From assembly GCA_033763815.1 (NCBI GenBank), contig JANRJU010000020.1, positions 78,724-142,723 of the forward strand: a stretch of 64,000 nucleotides of DNA, written 5' to 3'. A program made the translations under genes and the position numbers. Of the stretch, positions 9,213 through 20,910 are shown in pieces. Position 1 is the stretch's first letter. Each line of letters starts with the position of its first letter. The notes under the pieces were generated by a model that was not told the origin of the DNA, did not search any database, and worked only from the letters and a program-made list of their open reading frames with translations. Origin of the DNA: Planctomycetota bacterium (lineage in GTDB: Bacteria > Planctomycetota > Phycisphaerae > Phycisphaerales > UBA1924).

Positions 9213-9283
9213 GCAACGTGTCGCTGCCGACCGTCCCGACCCGCCCCGGCCCTTCGCCAGCCCCCGCCGCCTCGTGCATCGGC

Positions 9284-10030
9284 CTATTCCACGCCCGCCA
9301 GGCGCGCGAGCTGGGCGAGGTCAGTCGTCGTCAGGTCGGGCTCGATCCGCGGCACGTCGGAACGCGAAGCGCCATAACCCCGTGAGCCGCGACGATTGAC
9401 CCAGCAAGTCCGCATGCCCAGCGACTTGGCGACCGGCAGGTCGTGGTACACGCTTTCCGCCACGTGCAGAACCTGGGAAGGGTCGAGATCGAGCAGCGCT
9501 AACCCCACCTTGAAATGCCGAGGATGGGGCTTGTAGCTCCGGCAATACTCGGCCGTGACGACCCGTCGAAACGTGAACGCATCGCGTTCGAGCTTGACTC
9601 GCGTCTGCTCGAACAGCTCATCATCGATGTTCGAGAGAATCACCAGCGGGAATCGGCGGGCGAGCGCGTCAAGCGCCTCGGGCGCATCCGCAAACTCGGG
9701 CCACCGAGCGACCGAATCGGGCAGTCGCTGAAGTTCGCGCTCGATCAGCGACAACCCGTAGTGTCGCCCAACCCGCTCCATGACCTCCATCAGCACGTTG
9801 CGATAGAGCTGGTAGCCCTCGCTCTGCACCTGCGATTCCAGTCGAGCGAAAAGCTCCAGGATCTCGCGGTCCTCGACTCGCTTCCCGTGGGCTGCGAGAA
9901 CCGGGCGGATCGCCTGAAGGATTCCTGCTTCCCAGTCAATCAACGTGCCATAGCAGTCGAACGTGAGGGCCTGGATCGTGGACAGATCCAGCGGAGAGGA
10001 AACGGATGCGGCATGGTGATCGCGGGTCAT
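9284..10030 (-). CDS. HAD-superfamily hydrolase (haloacid dehalogenase type II-like)
   Basis: FDCYGTLIDWE supplies the nucleophile motif. VILSNIDDELF and the SYKPHPRHF region fit HAD motifs II and III. Confidence 0.8.
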   Translation of the reverse strand: MTRDHHAASVSSPLDLSTIQALTFDCYGTLIDWEAGILQAIRPVLAAHGKRVEDREILELFARLESQVQSEGYQLYRNVLMEVMERVGRHYGLSLIERELQRLPDSVARWPEFADAPEALDALARRFPLVILSNIDDELFEQTRVKLERDAFTFRRVVTAEYCRSYKPHPRHFKVGLALLDLDPSQVLHVAESVYHDLPVAKSLGMRTCWVNRRGSRGYGASRSDVPRIEPDLTTTDLAQLARLAGVE

Positions 10031-10128
10031 GGCTTGAGAAACCTCGCTGGCTGAGCCGGCCGAGATCTGGCCGAGAATGGAACCGGGACGGCGACCGAGG
10101 CTCGACTACCCCTGTCGTGGTCGACACG

Positions 10129-10935
10129 TCACGGGTAGTCCTGCCTTGTTGGTCGGATCATCGCGTCGGATAGATGCACGTGCGCCGGCAGCGTGATGAT
10201 GCTCATGACGAGCTGGGCGACATCCGCGGGCTTGAGCACGGGACCGATGCGGTCCTTCACTTGCGCAAACCACGCCGGGTCGTAGCCCGCAACGCCCTGA
10301 AACTCCGACTCCACGAAGCCCGGCTCGATGAGCGACACGCGGATGCCCTTGGGCCCAAGTTCGCGTCGGGCCGCCTCGGTGAACGAGTGCAGCGCGAACT
10401 TGGTCGAGCCGTACATCGAAGAGAAAGGCGAGAGATTCCGTCCAACCGTCGAACCGACGACGACAATATCGTGCGGGCGCTGCAGCCAAGACTCGCTGGC
10501 CTCGCCCCGCCGCTTGCTTTCCTCCAGGTCGGCGAGCATCCGCTGCGCTGCTGAGCGCAGGAGGCGGGCCGCCCCGAGCACGTTGGTGCGATACATCTCT
10601 TCCCACTGCGCTTCGTCGGAGTCAAGCACCGACCCCTTCAGTCCGCGACCGGCGTTGATGACGACGAGATCCGCGTCGCGCTTTCCCTGCGCAAACTCGC
10701 CCCGCGCCGCCTGGAAAAGGCGTGCGATCGTCGCCGGGTCCGCCGCGTCGCCCGCAACGCCTGTCGCATCCTCGGACCCGAACTCACGGATCAGCTCATC
10801 GAGTTTCTCGCGACGCCTGCCGTTGAGAACGACCTGCGCCCCGGCGTGGACAAATCGGCGAGCGATCTCCTCACCGATGCCCGCGGTGGCGCCGGTGACG
10901 ATCGAGATCCGGTGTCGCAAGGGCATGTCGGGCAT
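10129..10935 (-). CDS. SDR-family oxidoreductase
   Basis: VTGATAGIGEEIARRF provides a TGxxxGIG motif, and YGSTKFAL provides YxxxK. GGAGGAG lies 9 nt upstream of the ATG. Confidence 0.85.
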   Translation of the reverse strand: MPDMPLRHRISIVTGATAGIGEEIARRFVHAGAQVVLNGRRREKLDELIREFGSEDATGVAGDAADPATIARLFQAARGEFAQGKRDADLVVINAGRGLKGSVLDSDEAQWEEMYRTNVLGAARLLRSAAQRMLADLEESKRRGEASESWLQRPHDIVVVGSTVGRNLSPFSSMYGSTKFALHSFTEAARRELGPKGIRVSLIEPGFVESEFQGVAGYDPAWFAQVKDRIGPVLKPADVAQLVMSIITLPAHVHLSDAMIRPTRQDYP

Positions 10936-11193
10936 CCGTCATCACTCCTCCGGAGCTTCGCTCCGCTGGGCGTCAAAACGTCGCACACGCGACGAGAGTT
11001 CGTCCCGCCGAAAGGCGTTGAGTCTAGGGATAGAACTTTGCGGTTCAGCACGTGAGGCCCTGCTCCGCGACCGGATCATGGTCCTGCTCGCGTCTCGCCC
11101 CGCGAAGAGTGGCCCGCCCTTGGCGGCGCCTCGTACGGGCCGCACTCTTCCCGCGCCGTCCGCCAACCCAAACCACCGGCCTAGCCTCCACGC

Positions 11194-12117
11194 GTGTTCG
11201 GCTCGCATCTCTCCATCGCCGGCTCGATGCTCAACGCGCTGCGCGAGGCGGAATCGCTCGGATTGGACACCGTACAGGTGTTCACCAAGAACCAGCAGCA
11301 GTGGAAGGCCAAGCCGCTCGACCCCGCGATGGTGCGAGACTGGGCTATCGAGGTTCGCCGCCTCGGATGGCACGAGGGCGGGCCCGGCGATGCCAAGGGC
11401 GGGGGCGGCCGGATCGTCAGCCACGCTTCCTACCTGGCCAATCTCGCTTCGCCCGACGACGTCCTCTGGACTAGGTCGATCGACCTGATGGTCGACGAGA
11501 TCGAACGCTGCGAGCACCTGGCTATCCCGTTCCTGGTTCACCACCCTGGCGCGTGGACAACTTCGGATTCAGCCAGCGGCCTGCGCAGGATCGCCCAGGC
11601 ATATCGACAGCTCCTGTCACGCACCCGCGGCGCCGCTGTCGTCTGCTGCCTGGAAACCACTGTCGGCGCCGGGAGCCAGATCGGAGGACGTTTCGACGAA
11701 CTTGCGGCCCTGCGTGCCGCGATCATCGACGCCACCGGCGAACCCACGCGCCTGGGGTTCTGCGTTGACAGTTGCCATGTCCACGCCGCCGGTTACGACT
11801 GTTCGTCCGCCGCGGGCGCAGCGAGCGTCCTCCAGCAGTTCGACGCGGCCTGCGGCATGTCCAACGTCAAGTGCGTCCACCTCAACGACTCCAAAGGCGC
11901 TTGTGGCAGCCACCTGGATCGACACGAGCACGTCGGCGCCGGCACGCTCTCACCCCGGACGATCAAGGACAGTGGATTCGGACCGTTCGTGAACCACCCC
12001 CACCTCAGGGGCGTACCCAAAATCTTGGAAACCCCCAAGGGAACCGATGAGAAAGGGGTCGCGTTCGACGCGCATAACCTCCGTCGCCTGCGCCGCCTGG
12101 TGCTGGCTCCGGGATGA
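11194..12117 (+). CDS. nfo: deoxyribonuclease IV (AP endonuclease family 2)
   Basis: GTG start. FGSHLSIAGSMLNALREAESLGLDTVQVFTKNQQQW, HASYLANLASP, CVDSCHVHAAGYD and HLNDSKGACGSHLDRHEHVGAG match the endonuclease IV pattern. Confidence 0.85.
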   Translation: MFGSHLSIAGSMLNALREAESLGLDTVQVFTKNQQQWKAKPLDPAMVRDWAIEVRRLGWHEGGPGDAKGGGGRIVSHASYLANLASPDDVLWTRSIDLMVDEIERCEHLAIPFLVHHPGAWTTSDSASGLRRIAQAYRQLLSRTRGAAVVCCLETTVGAGSQIGGRFDELAALRAAIIDATGEPTRLGFCVDSCHVHAAGYDCSSAAGAASVLQQFDAACGMSNVKCVHLNDSKGACGSHLDRHEHVGAGTLSPRTIKDSGFGPFVNHPHLRGVPKILETPKGTDEKGVAFDAHNLRRLRRLVLAPG

Positions 12118-12142
12118 ACCTTTCGATCGGGTTTGAACTCAC

Positions 12143-13222
12143 ATGATCCGCATGAACCGCACGAAACCCATCCAGGCCAACGTCATCACGCTGGTTGCCC
12201 TTGGGCTCTCCCTTGGCGTCACGCTGACGGGTTGCTTTTCAGGTCAGCGCTCTGGCGAGGCGACTTCGGCGGGCGGAACCACGACAAACTCGAGCAGCTC
12301 AAATGCCGGCTCGCGGGCCAAGCCCGCCCCGCCTCCCGCGGAGGTTGCAAACGCCGCACTGAAGCGGGCTCGGAACCACCAGTCCGAGGGCGACGCGGAA
12401 AAGGCGTTGGCGGAGTTCCAGCTCGCCATCGAGAACAACCCAACGCTGACGGTCGCCTATCTCGGTGCCGGCGACATCCACCGTGAACGGGGGGATTACG
12501 ACAAGGCCGAGCCTATGTACGCTCGCGCCGCCCAGCTCGAACCCCGCAACTTCGGCGCTCAGTATCTCCACGGCCTCGTCCTCCAGTTGATGGACCGTGT
12601 GCAGGAGTCGATCCGCGCATACCTTCGAGCCCTCAGCATCAAGCCCGACGACTTCGACGCGAACCTCAACGTCGCGACCGCGTACCTCCAAATCGGGGAA
12701 CCGGCCGAGGGCCTTGCCTTCGCAACCCGTGCCGTCGAGCTCAGGCCAGATTCCGCGCCCGCCCGCGCCAATCTCGGCGCGGTCTACAGCGCCCTGGCAC
12801 GCTACGAAGAAGCGATCGTCGAGTATCAGCAGGCGGCCGAAGGCGGGCCTCTCTCGGCACCCCTGCTGCTGAACCTTGCCGAGGCGCTGGGCAAACGCAA
12901 ACGGTTCCCGGAAATGGCGAGCACGCTCCGCGAGTTGGTGCGGACCGAACCGTCGGCCGCCTCCTACGAACGACTGGGCTTCGCCCTCTTTTCCATGCGC
13001 GAGTACGCCGAGGCCGAGACTGCCTTCCGCAAGAGCCTCGAGATCGACGCCAACCACTTCCCGTCGCTCAACGGCGTCGGCGTCTGCCTGCTCAACAAGT
13101 ACATCTGGAGCGGCATGAAGGACGAGGCCGCCCGGATCGAAGCCCTCTCCGTCATGCGGCGGTCGATCCAGGTCGAGCGGCGTCAGCCCCGAATTCTCGA
13201 CCTCATCAGCCAATACGACTGA
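12143..13222 (+). CDS. TPR-repeat lipoprotein
   Basis: Signal peptide plus lipobox LGVTLTGC, followed by repeated 34-aa A/Y/L-patterned units (EKALAEFQLAIENNP, YDKAEPMYARAAQLEP, EESIRAYLRALSIKP). Confidence 0.75.
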   Translation: MIRMNRTKPIQANVITLVALGLSLGVTLTGCFSGQRSGEATSAGGTTTNSSSSNAGSRAKPAPPPAEVANAALKRARNHQSEGDAEKALAEFQLAIENNPTLTVAYLGAGDIHRERGDYDKAEPMYARAAQLEPRNFGAQYLHGLVLQLMDRVQESIRAYLRALSIKPDDFDANLNVATAYLQIGEPAEGLAFATRAVELRPDSAPARANLGAVYSALARYEEAIVEYQQAAEGGPLSAPLLLNLAEALGKRKRFPEMASTLRELVRTEPSAASYERLGFALFSMREYAEAETAFRKSLEIDANHFPSLNGVGVCLLNKYIWSGMKDEAARIEALSVMRRSIQVERRQPRILDLISQYD

Positions 13223-13226
13223 TCCC

Positions 13227-14279
13227 TCAGCGTTCCCCGCTCCCCTCGCGAAGCCAGCGCACGGTCTGCTCGACAGCATCCGAGTAGGGCGTCGTGTAAT
13301 AGCCGCCCAGCGCCCGCTTCAGCTTGCTGCCATCCACCCACGCCGGTTCCTGATAGTGCGGCAGGATGTCCTTGAACATCCGAGCCTCCCCGTCAAGCAC
13401 TCCCGCAACCCCAAGCTCGAACTTCGTCACGGGCTTGCACGCCAGCGGCTTACCGCCCAGCCCGGCGGCTTGCTCCAGCAGTTTGCGAGGCTCGATCGGG
13501 CCCGAGCCCGCGATGTTCCACCGTCGGCCATACGCCCCCGGCCCCGCGCCAACCTCAGCAATCACGCGCGGTAAATCCGGCAGGTACATGAACTCGCGAC
13601 GAACATCGGGGTCGCCCAAGTAACGCACCGATTTGCCGTTCGCCGCACGTCCAAGGGCTGCGTTCAGCATGCTCGAACCCGTGCTGAGGCCCCGAGCCGT
13701 GCCCGCACCCGGACCGAAAAGGTCCGGTGTCGCGAGCACGCACGCGCCGAGCCCCATGAGTTCATCCTCCTCCTGACGACGAACCGCAGCGAGATCGCTC
13801 GTCGGGCTCCGAGGGTGGGCCTCGCTCACGGGGTTGAACTTCACAGGCGAGTACGACCACAAGCTTGTGACCAGCACAAGCCTGACCTTGGTCTGCTTCA
13901 TCGCCTGCCCAAGACGGGCCGCGAGGGTGGCATGGGCGCTGAACTGCGAGAGAGGAAAGCCGACGCAACAAATCGCAACGTCTCGTCCCTCGACCGCCCG
14001 CACCGCCTCGTCTTGAGCACAAAGGTCGGCCGCGACGCACTCAACGGGCTGCGAGCCAAAGGCTTTGCGCAGGTGCTCATCGCTGCGACTCACGCAGCGC
14101 ACGCGGACCTTCCGCCTGACCAGTTCCGGAACCAGCGCTCGCCCGATCTGGCCCGTAGCGCCAAGCACGACGACGGAGTTGAACGCAAACTCGCTCAACG
14201 GCGCCCCATCTGATTCCCCACCGTTTGCTCGCTCGGAACCCCAACCAGGCGGCGGAGCCCTGCCGCATCCGCCGCCCAT
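13227..14279 (-). CDS. NAD(P)-binding epimerase/dehydratase-family protein
   Basis: Rossmann motif VVVLGATGQIGRALVPELVRR near the N-terminus. The start is uncertain. Confidence 0.7.
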   Translation of the reverse strand: MGGGCGRAPPPGWGSERANGGESDGAPLSEFAFNSVVVLGATGQIGRALVPELVRRKVRVRCVSRSDEHLRKAFGSQPVECVAADLCAQDEAVRAVEGRDVAICCVGFPLSQFSAHATLAARLGQAMKQTKVRLVLVTSLWSYSPVKFNPVSEAHPRSPTSDLAAVRRQEEDELMGLGACVLATPDLFGPGAGTARGLSTGSSMLNAALGRAANGKSVRYLGDPDVRREFMYLPDLPRVIAEVGAGPGAYGRRWNIAGSGPIEPRKLLEQAAGLGGKPLACKPVTKFELGVAGVLDGEARMFKDILPHYQEPAWVDGSKLKRALGGYYTTPYSDAVEQTVRWLREGSGER

Positions 14280-14364
14280 GCTTCATGATTGTCCAGCCCG
14301 ACGCTGCAAGCGGAGCCAGACCATGACCGCCCCTTGAGAGGCCGAGGGAGGCGGTCGGCGCACA

Positions 14365-17190
<2,826 letters not shown>

Positions 17191-17420
17191 CTGCGATCCT
17201 CCTGTCACGCCGCTCGCGGCCCGCGCAGCTTCTTCCTTGACGCCAGCGCGGGGTGTGCACGGCGATCCGCGCGAGGCGCGGACCCAATCAGAAATGGGAT
17301 GGCAGGATACCCGCTCCAACGTGCGGATGCGAGCCGCAAGCCCAAGCCCTTTGTCCATCCGCTCAGATGGAACTGTTTCGCAAACTGCCCGCTTCGACAG
17401 GCAAGCGCCATTCCCGCGCC

Positions 17421-17456
17421 CAAAAACAACAGCGGTCGCGCAGCGAGCGCGACCGC
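17421..17456 (-). terminator. intrinsic terminator after rpsU
   Basis: On the minus strand, GCGGTCGCGC-TCGCT-GCGCGACCGC is followed by TGTTGTTTTTGG. Confidence 0.6.
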
Positions 17457-17488
17457 AAGAAACGACCTCGATGGGTCTGGACAGCTTC

Positions 17489-17716
17489 TCAGGCCGGACG
17501 CTCGGGACGCTGGGGCGGACCGATCCGCTCGCCATCGCCCTTGAGGCGGCGGTTGAGGCTCTTGCGCTGGGCGCGACGACGTCGCTCGGAAGGCTTCTCG
17601 TAGAACTCCTTCCGCTTGATGTCCTTGGTGAGGCCTTCCTTCTCGCACAGCTTCTTAAAGCGGCGCATCATCTGCTCAGAAGACTCGCCCGCTCGCGCTT
17701 TCACCCTGATCGCCAT
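17489..17716 (-). CDS. rpsU: 30S ribosomal protein S21
   Basis: MAIRVKARAGESSEQMMRRFKKLCEKEGLTKDIKRKEFYEKPSERRRR matches the S21 pattern. Confidence 0.9.
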   Translation of the reverse strand: MAIRVKARAGESSEQMMRRFKKLCEKEGLTKDIKRKEFYEKPSERRRRAQRKSLNRRLKGDGERIGPPQRPERPA

Positions 17717-18121
17717 CCGAACTCCTTCACTGGCCTGCCGCGGCGCGCTGAATTGGCCTTCGGAGGCCGCTTCGCCGGGTCTGTAGTAAAGGGATCAAGT
17801 TCGCTCGGATCAAGCGGGGCAACCCCGGAGTGTTCAGATTTCCGGGTTAAGTTCGGCGTGCGCCCCGTCGACCGACTCGCCAATCCGAGAGCCCGCCCAG
17901 TCGAACCAGGACTGGTCAAGCCGAACCAGCTCGAGAGAAGAAGCGCGGGACATAGCGGGATAACCCCGCGGACCACGTGTCGCTCTTGGGGACCCGAGTT
18001 TGGGCCAACCCTGTTGGACCCACCTAGTTTTTGGTTGCCTCCCGAGCCCGAACTTTGGCACGGGGGAACATCCAGCCGGGTCGGGGGGTGCCGGCGCTGA
18101 GCGCGACCGCGCGGGGGATTT

Positions 18122-19168
18122 GTGCTCATCGTCGACGCGTACAACGTTCTGCACACGGCTCTCACGATCGAAAGCACGATCGACTGGGATCTCGCCGAGC
18201 TTCGCGCCCGCATCGCCCTCAGCAGATATCGCTCGCGCGCGGCGCTCATCGTCTGCGATGGCACCCGAACCGGGGCGACCGAACCCCTCAATGAGCACGC
18301 GAACGCCGAGGCACCGTCGGCGGCCAGTCGACGCAAGCAGGGGCGCGCCGAAGCGCAGACGATCTACGCGGGCTCCGAGCAGGAAGCCGACGACATCATC
18401 GAGCAGATTCTGGCCTCGCGGCGCGGAGCGATTGCGATCTTGGTTGTCAGCTCCGATCGCCGCCTGCACCGTGCGGCACGAGCCCATCGCGCCCAGTTTG
18501 TCGAAAGCTCCACATTCCTGCGGGAGTTGCTTGCCGACACCGGGCGCCGACCAGCGCCCGCGCGGCCCGCGTTCGCTCAAGAGGTTCCGCTCGATCGATA
18601 CTCGCTCGCCCATTGGCTCAGAGAGTTTGGATTCAGCACCGAGGAACTGCTCGCTGGCCCGCTCGCCCCACCGCCAAGCGTTTCCAAGCTTCGATTGAGC
18701 GCTGGGCAAGTGAACCAACCCGCAACAGCACCGGAGGCGCGGCGACGACCGACAAGCGAAACCCACCCGCGAGCTGCGCCCCAAGCGCCCGCCCGGCGCG
18801 AAAGACCAAAGCCCGACTTTGGCGAGCGTCTCAAACTTCCCGTTCCGGAGGCGCCTCCGGCCCCCGCTGCCGCTGTGATCCCGCCGGTTCAACCACCCGC
18901 GCCGGCCCCGGTACCCGCATCAACGCCGGAACCAGCAGCCGAGTCCCCGGATGAAGCGTCCCCCGATGCCGGGGCGCGCGAAGCTTGGGTTGACGATGCC
19001 CTGTCGGTCTGGGCCCAGCGGCTGAGCCCGGACGATCTCAACATGGACCGATGGCTAGCCGACGCCGCCAATCTCCCCCCCGGCCCCACACCCACCACGA
19101 CGCCAAAGCGTCGTGCCGGTCACGATCGGGCACGCGACGACCGCGAACCACGCCGCTCGCGTTCTTGA
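18122..19168 (+). CDS. NYN/YacP-like domain protein with a long Pro/Ala-rich tail
   Basis: GTG start. LIVDAYNVLH, ALIVCDG, IYAGSEQEADDIIEQIL and LVVSSDRRL resemble the YacP (Rae1-type) NYN layout. The C-terminal 170 aa or so is low complexity. Confidence 0.6.
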   Translation: MLIVDAYNVLHTALTIESTIDWDLAELRARIALSRYRSRAALIVCDGTRTGATEPLNEHANAEAPSAASRRKQGRAEAQTIYAGSEQEADDIIEQILASRRGAIAILVVSSDRRLHRAARAHRAQFVESSTFLRELLADTGRRPAPARPAFAQEVPLDRYSLAHWLREFGFSTEELLAGPLAPPPSVSKLRLSAGQVNQPATAPEARRRPTSETHPRAAPQAPARRERPKPDFGERLKLPVPEAPPAPAAAVIPPVQPPAPAPVPASTPEPAAESPDEASPDAGAREAWVDDALSVWAQRLSPDDLNMDRWLADAANLPPGPTPTTTPKRRAGHDRARDDREPRRSRS

Positions 19169-19548
19169 TGGCGAGCCTCGTGCTCACGGGGTGCAGCACC
19201 GCACTCGCGCCCGCGGGCTCGGGAGCCATCGGACGCCACATCACGGCGTCGTACCGCGTTCGCTCGCTCTCAGCAGAACTCCCGCCTCACGTCAAACCCA
19301 TCGCATTCATCGCCGCAATGGAGTCCGTTGTATTGAACCGCGGCTACGCGATGACACGCGCCGATCACAATGCCGATGAGTCGCGACTCTGGGCCAAGCC
19401 CCCGAATCCCGACGACTTCGAACGGGTGAGCGTGCTGGCCGCCCTCTCGCCTTCGGGCACACGCATCGAGATCATCGTCGAGCCCTTTGGTGGCGAAGTC
19501 CTCGCTCGCTCACTCCTCGATGGTGCGCTCGTACGCCTCGGGTTGTAA
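19168..19548 (+). CDS. small lipoprotein
   Basis: The ATG at 19168 shares one base with the upstream TGA (TGATG). MASLVLTGCST provides the lipobox. Confidence 0.55.
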   Translation: MASLVLTGCSTALAPAGSGAIGRHITASYRVRSLSAELPPHVKPIAFIAAMESVVLNRGYAMTRADHNADESRLWAKPPNPDDFERVSVLAALSPSGTRIEIIVEPFGGEVLARSLLDGALVRLGL

Positions 19549-19622
19549 CTGAGTTTGCCTCCATCAGTGCAAACACGCGCCTCACCGCGGGCGACTTGTC
19601 GAACGCCGGACTACGCTCGAAC

Positions 19623-20483
19623 ATGGTTAAAATCGCACGGACGCGACGGCTTGTCCGCACCCTCGGTCGCACCCGTTCAGTTGGGAGCGCCGGCCACCCA
19701 GCGGTTCCCCTGTTCGCCGTCGCACTTGCCGCAGCGACCATCGCGCCGACGACGGCGTTCTCGGCAAGCCCCCCCGCCGACGTTCCGGCGGACTCGCTGC
19801 TGACGAGTTCATCCCGCACGACTGCCAAAGGCCCCGGCTTGTTTGCGAGCCCCGCGGGCGGCCCAGCAGACGTCAAGCTTCTCGACCACGCGGATCGCGA
19901 GATCCCCGAACTCCGCGTGTCGGACGCACAGCTAAGCCTGGGAGTGCTCCGCCAGCCGGCATCCACGGAGCCAACGCCGACACTCGAGCCAGCATCAACG
20001 AGCTTGCGGTTCGGACAAGCCGAATCGACCTGGTGGGGCGTGACGACCGGCGTCGCCTTTGACTTTGAAGACGCGTACGACACAAACGTCGCGCTCTCGT
20101 ACACCTACTTCGTCGTCGAAGACGTCGAGTTCAATCTCGAGCTTGGCGCGTGGTACTTCTCCCAGCCCGAAGACGATGCCGCGGGCATCAACCCGGCGAT
20201 GGTTTTCCGCTGGCACTTCGTCAACACAGGAACCTGGACGCTGTACGCGGACGTGGGGATCGGTGTCCTGGCGAGCACCGACAACGTCCCGGAGAATGGC
20301 ACGAGCTTCAACTTCACGCCTCGGGCGGGAGCGGGCTTCACGCGTCTGCTGGACGACTCGGGGACGCGTTTGCAGGTTGGCGTCCGCTGGGCACACGTGT
20401 CTAATGCACGCATCCAGGGGGAATCGAGCAATCCCGGCCGCGATTCGCTCATGCTCTACGCGGGCTTGATCTTTCCTTTCTGA
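19623..20483 (+). CDS. outer-membrane acyloxyacyl hydrolase (PagL-like lipid A deacylase family)
   Basis: A signal peptide is followed by alternating beta-strand patterning. The C-terminus RWAHVSNARIQGESSNPGRDSLMLYAGLIFPF carries an HxSN motif and an aromatic terminal residue. Confidence 0.65.
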   Translation: MVKIARTRRLVRTLGRTRSVGSAGHPAVPLFAVALAAATIAPTTAFSASPPADVPADSLLTSSSRTTAKGPGLFASPAGGPADVKLLDHADREIPELRVSDAQLSLGVLRQPASTEPTPTLEPASTSLRFGQAESTWWGVTTGVAFDFEDAYDTNVALSYTYFVVEDVEFNLELGAWYFSQPEDDAAGINPAMVFRWHFVNTGTWTLYADVGIGVLASTDNVPENGTSFNFTPRAGAGFTRLLDDSGTRLQVGVRWAHVSNARIQGESSNPGRDSLMLYAGLIFPF

Positions 20484-20910
20484 GCGCCGAACCCTTTCTG
20501 AGCTCCAATCTGACACCTTGCAAGCTGCGAGCATGTCCAGTTGCACGCGACTTTGGCACATGGTGTGTGCATGCAAGACCGCTGCTTCGCCGCCTTTCTC
20601 GGCCCAAGCATCACAACCCAGACTATCCAGATTCACAAGTCACACCACTTGGTGTCGATCTTTACACATTCTTAGCATAAATCGATGTACAAGCTGACCA
20701 TCTTCTGGCGCACTCATTGCAGCCGCCTTTCCGGGCTGGCCTCGCCGCCCTTCCGGGTGGCTGGATGAGTTGACTCGAGCCACCAGGTCCACCGACCCGT
20801 CGCGAGCCGCTCTTGACGGGGAACATGGCGTTCGACGGGATAGTCCAGATAGCGGTATCCTGTTTCCTAGACACGAACCACCGCTGTGTTCCCAAGCTCA
20901 GGAGAGAAAG

